Shown here piece by piece: positions 48,724-50,427 of a DNA stretch of 50,427 bases (within the stretch, counting starts at the first letter, position 1; each line of letters starts with the position of its first letter). The stretch spans positions 18,802-69,228 of the forward strand of contig MQRK01232648.1 of assembly GCA_001938485.1 (NCBI GenBank), written 5' to 3'. This stretch comes from Girardia tigrina (taxonomy: Eukaryota). The notes under the pieces were generated by a model. That model was not told the origin of the DNA and did not search any database. It saw nothing but the letters and a program-made list of their open reading frames with translations. The position numbers were made by a program, and so were the translations under genes.

Positions 48724-50427
48724 TTTGATTGGCTTAAGAATTTTTTATTTGATAATTTGCCAATTTTATTTCAATTTATTCACAATTAAAATTAAGTTTA
48801 ATATTTTTTAAATAAAATTTAAATTAAATGCATGTTTAATAATTTGATAACTATTTTATTATTTTGGGTTTTATTAAGAAGTGGTTTTAATTGTTATTTT
48901 TAATTAATATTTTTAGAAGTTAAATATTTTAAAAAATGACTTAGTAAAATTTTTCGAATAATCATGATTAAAAATAGAAATAAGAAAACCAATTAGAACG
49001 ATAATAAACAATGAAATACCTTCAGAGAGTCATAATGACTCTAAATGTGATTGCAATAAAAAATCAAATGAGACTTGTTTAAATGTTCTTAATAGATATA
49101 AAATATTTTTTTGATTAACTAGTTTAATAGAATTACTCTTCTGTGGACGAGTTTCCTTTATATATTGTTTATGAGAATAGAGGTAAATTAACATTTTATT
49201 ACATTGCGAAGATAAATACATAAACAAGTTGCGTAAAACGACACATTGTTTCAAGTCAAAGCAACATTTTAAAATATAAACAGCTAGAAAAAATACTGAA
49301 TTATACCTATTTGTAAGTGGAACAATAGAACATTTTTGAACATTATTTAATTGTTAAACGTGACAAATGTTAAATATGTATGTGTATTTTATAACTTTTT
49401 ATTTTTGTTACAGCTATATATGAATAAATTATAATTATCTATGTGGGAAGTTTATTCGTAGTGAGGTTCTCTTTTTATAGCCCTTCATCTTTCAGTGAAT
49501 ATTCATTTTCCTATAAAGAAATTCTTTTTGAAAAATTTCTCTTTACATAAACCTTTCAGAAGTTGAAAAACATTAGAACCCTTTTGTGCTCATATCCTAC
49601 AAGGTTTAAAATTTGCATTACTTGTTTCTAATGGTCATGATTTTGTATAATGGTATATATATTCACATTTATATACTACGAGTAGTAAGTTAAATTTTAT
49701 TTTCTGACAAATTTTATTAACTAAGAAATGCTTAAAAATTTTTAATATAATTTGAAAATGTTTTAAAAAACTTTTAATTTAGATTTTGATTTCAAGATTA
49801 ATAAAATAATGGAAATAGAATATATATTTTAAAGTATATAATTTATGGAAATAATAAATTTGAGTTATGATATGGTTGATTAAAATATTTTCCTAAATTT
49901 TAAAATGAATATTATTTTACAATAAGTTGTTTCAATTCTAAATTAAAAGAGATTTTGATCAAGTGTTCTCAGATTTAAATGAAGAAAATACACGAGTCAA
50001 CCAACTCATAACATTTTACAAACAGTTCAATACGAGTTATATTATATAACAAAATATATATAAAGTTATATTATATATATACTACTGGACAAAATATTTG
50101 CAATTACATTTTCGTGCATTTTTAAAAGTTTTAGGTAAATTAGTTCTTTTTTAAACTAAAGTCAACCTATTGATGTATTATAATATACATTGACACATTT
50201 GTTTGTTTTAATAGTTTATTAGATAATAATGAATTTGTGTATTTTTGTAATGTTTTTTTGGCCACATTTTTGCACTCATTTAATTTTTTTATTAGTAATA
50301 AAAATAAAACTAAGTAACATTTATTAACGCAATAATGCACCATCATTCTTTAATAATAGACACACATTTTCTTTAAAATGTCTATATAAGTTTGATAAAA
50401 TACCAAACTCTTCATCATTGATTTTAT

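Larger units (their letters stand above)
47558..48781 (-). mobile_element. 5'-truncated Penelope-like retroelement with inverted pseudo-LTRs
   Basis: RT C-terminus MEKEQDKKLSFLDLLIERK..YRKKTDTGLY and GIY-YIG YTCNGCNATYIGETARHL..EH..EALYIRSLDPKIN. ~190-bp inverted repeats at 47556-47742 and 48559-48749; 14-bp TSD ACAATTAAAATTAA at 47544-47557 and 48782-48795. Confidence 0.92.
47354..49094 (-). mobile_element. Solo LTR family A split by a PLE insertion
   Basis: TGTGAGGAAT...GTTCTTAATA with perfect TSD GATAT (47349-47353, 49095-49099). Removing it restores the sequence seen uninterrupted at about 18490-18525. Confidence 0.85.

Overview
Very AT-rich eukaryotic genomic DNA with (TA)n microsatellites, three N-gaps and GT-AG splice signals. 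An invertebrate such as a planarian flatworm is plausible, but that is inference only. Most of the window is a nested transposon graveyard: an internally deleted hAT (Charlie/SPIN-type) element with an 8-bp TSD, a fragmented Ty3/Gypsy pol, two solo-LTR families with 5-bp TSDs, two mariner remnants, a DD37D maT remnant, a Tc1/IS630-like element and several Penelope-like element (PLE) remnants. One PLE has inverted pseudo-LTRs carrying minimal hammerhead ribozymes. Host-like coding sequence is limited to a type II membrane-protein exon (46357-46694, +), an orphan 179-aa ORF (33964-34503), a small ankyrin ORF (42894-43205, -) and a candidate terminal exon (41428-41558, -). Best leads: an intact minimal hammerhead in a ~150-bp unit inside (TA)n; a motif conserved across seven diverged LTR-end copies; non-canonical TA...CA LTR termini; a three-level nested insertion; two near-perfect fold-backs; a GC-rich pseudoknot-capable island; and a possible chain of TGATG stop/start uORFs. 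I found no rRNA, tRNA, CRISPR or prokaryotic operon, and cannot confirm a wholly new system from sequence alone.
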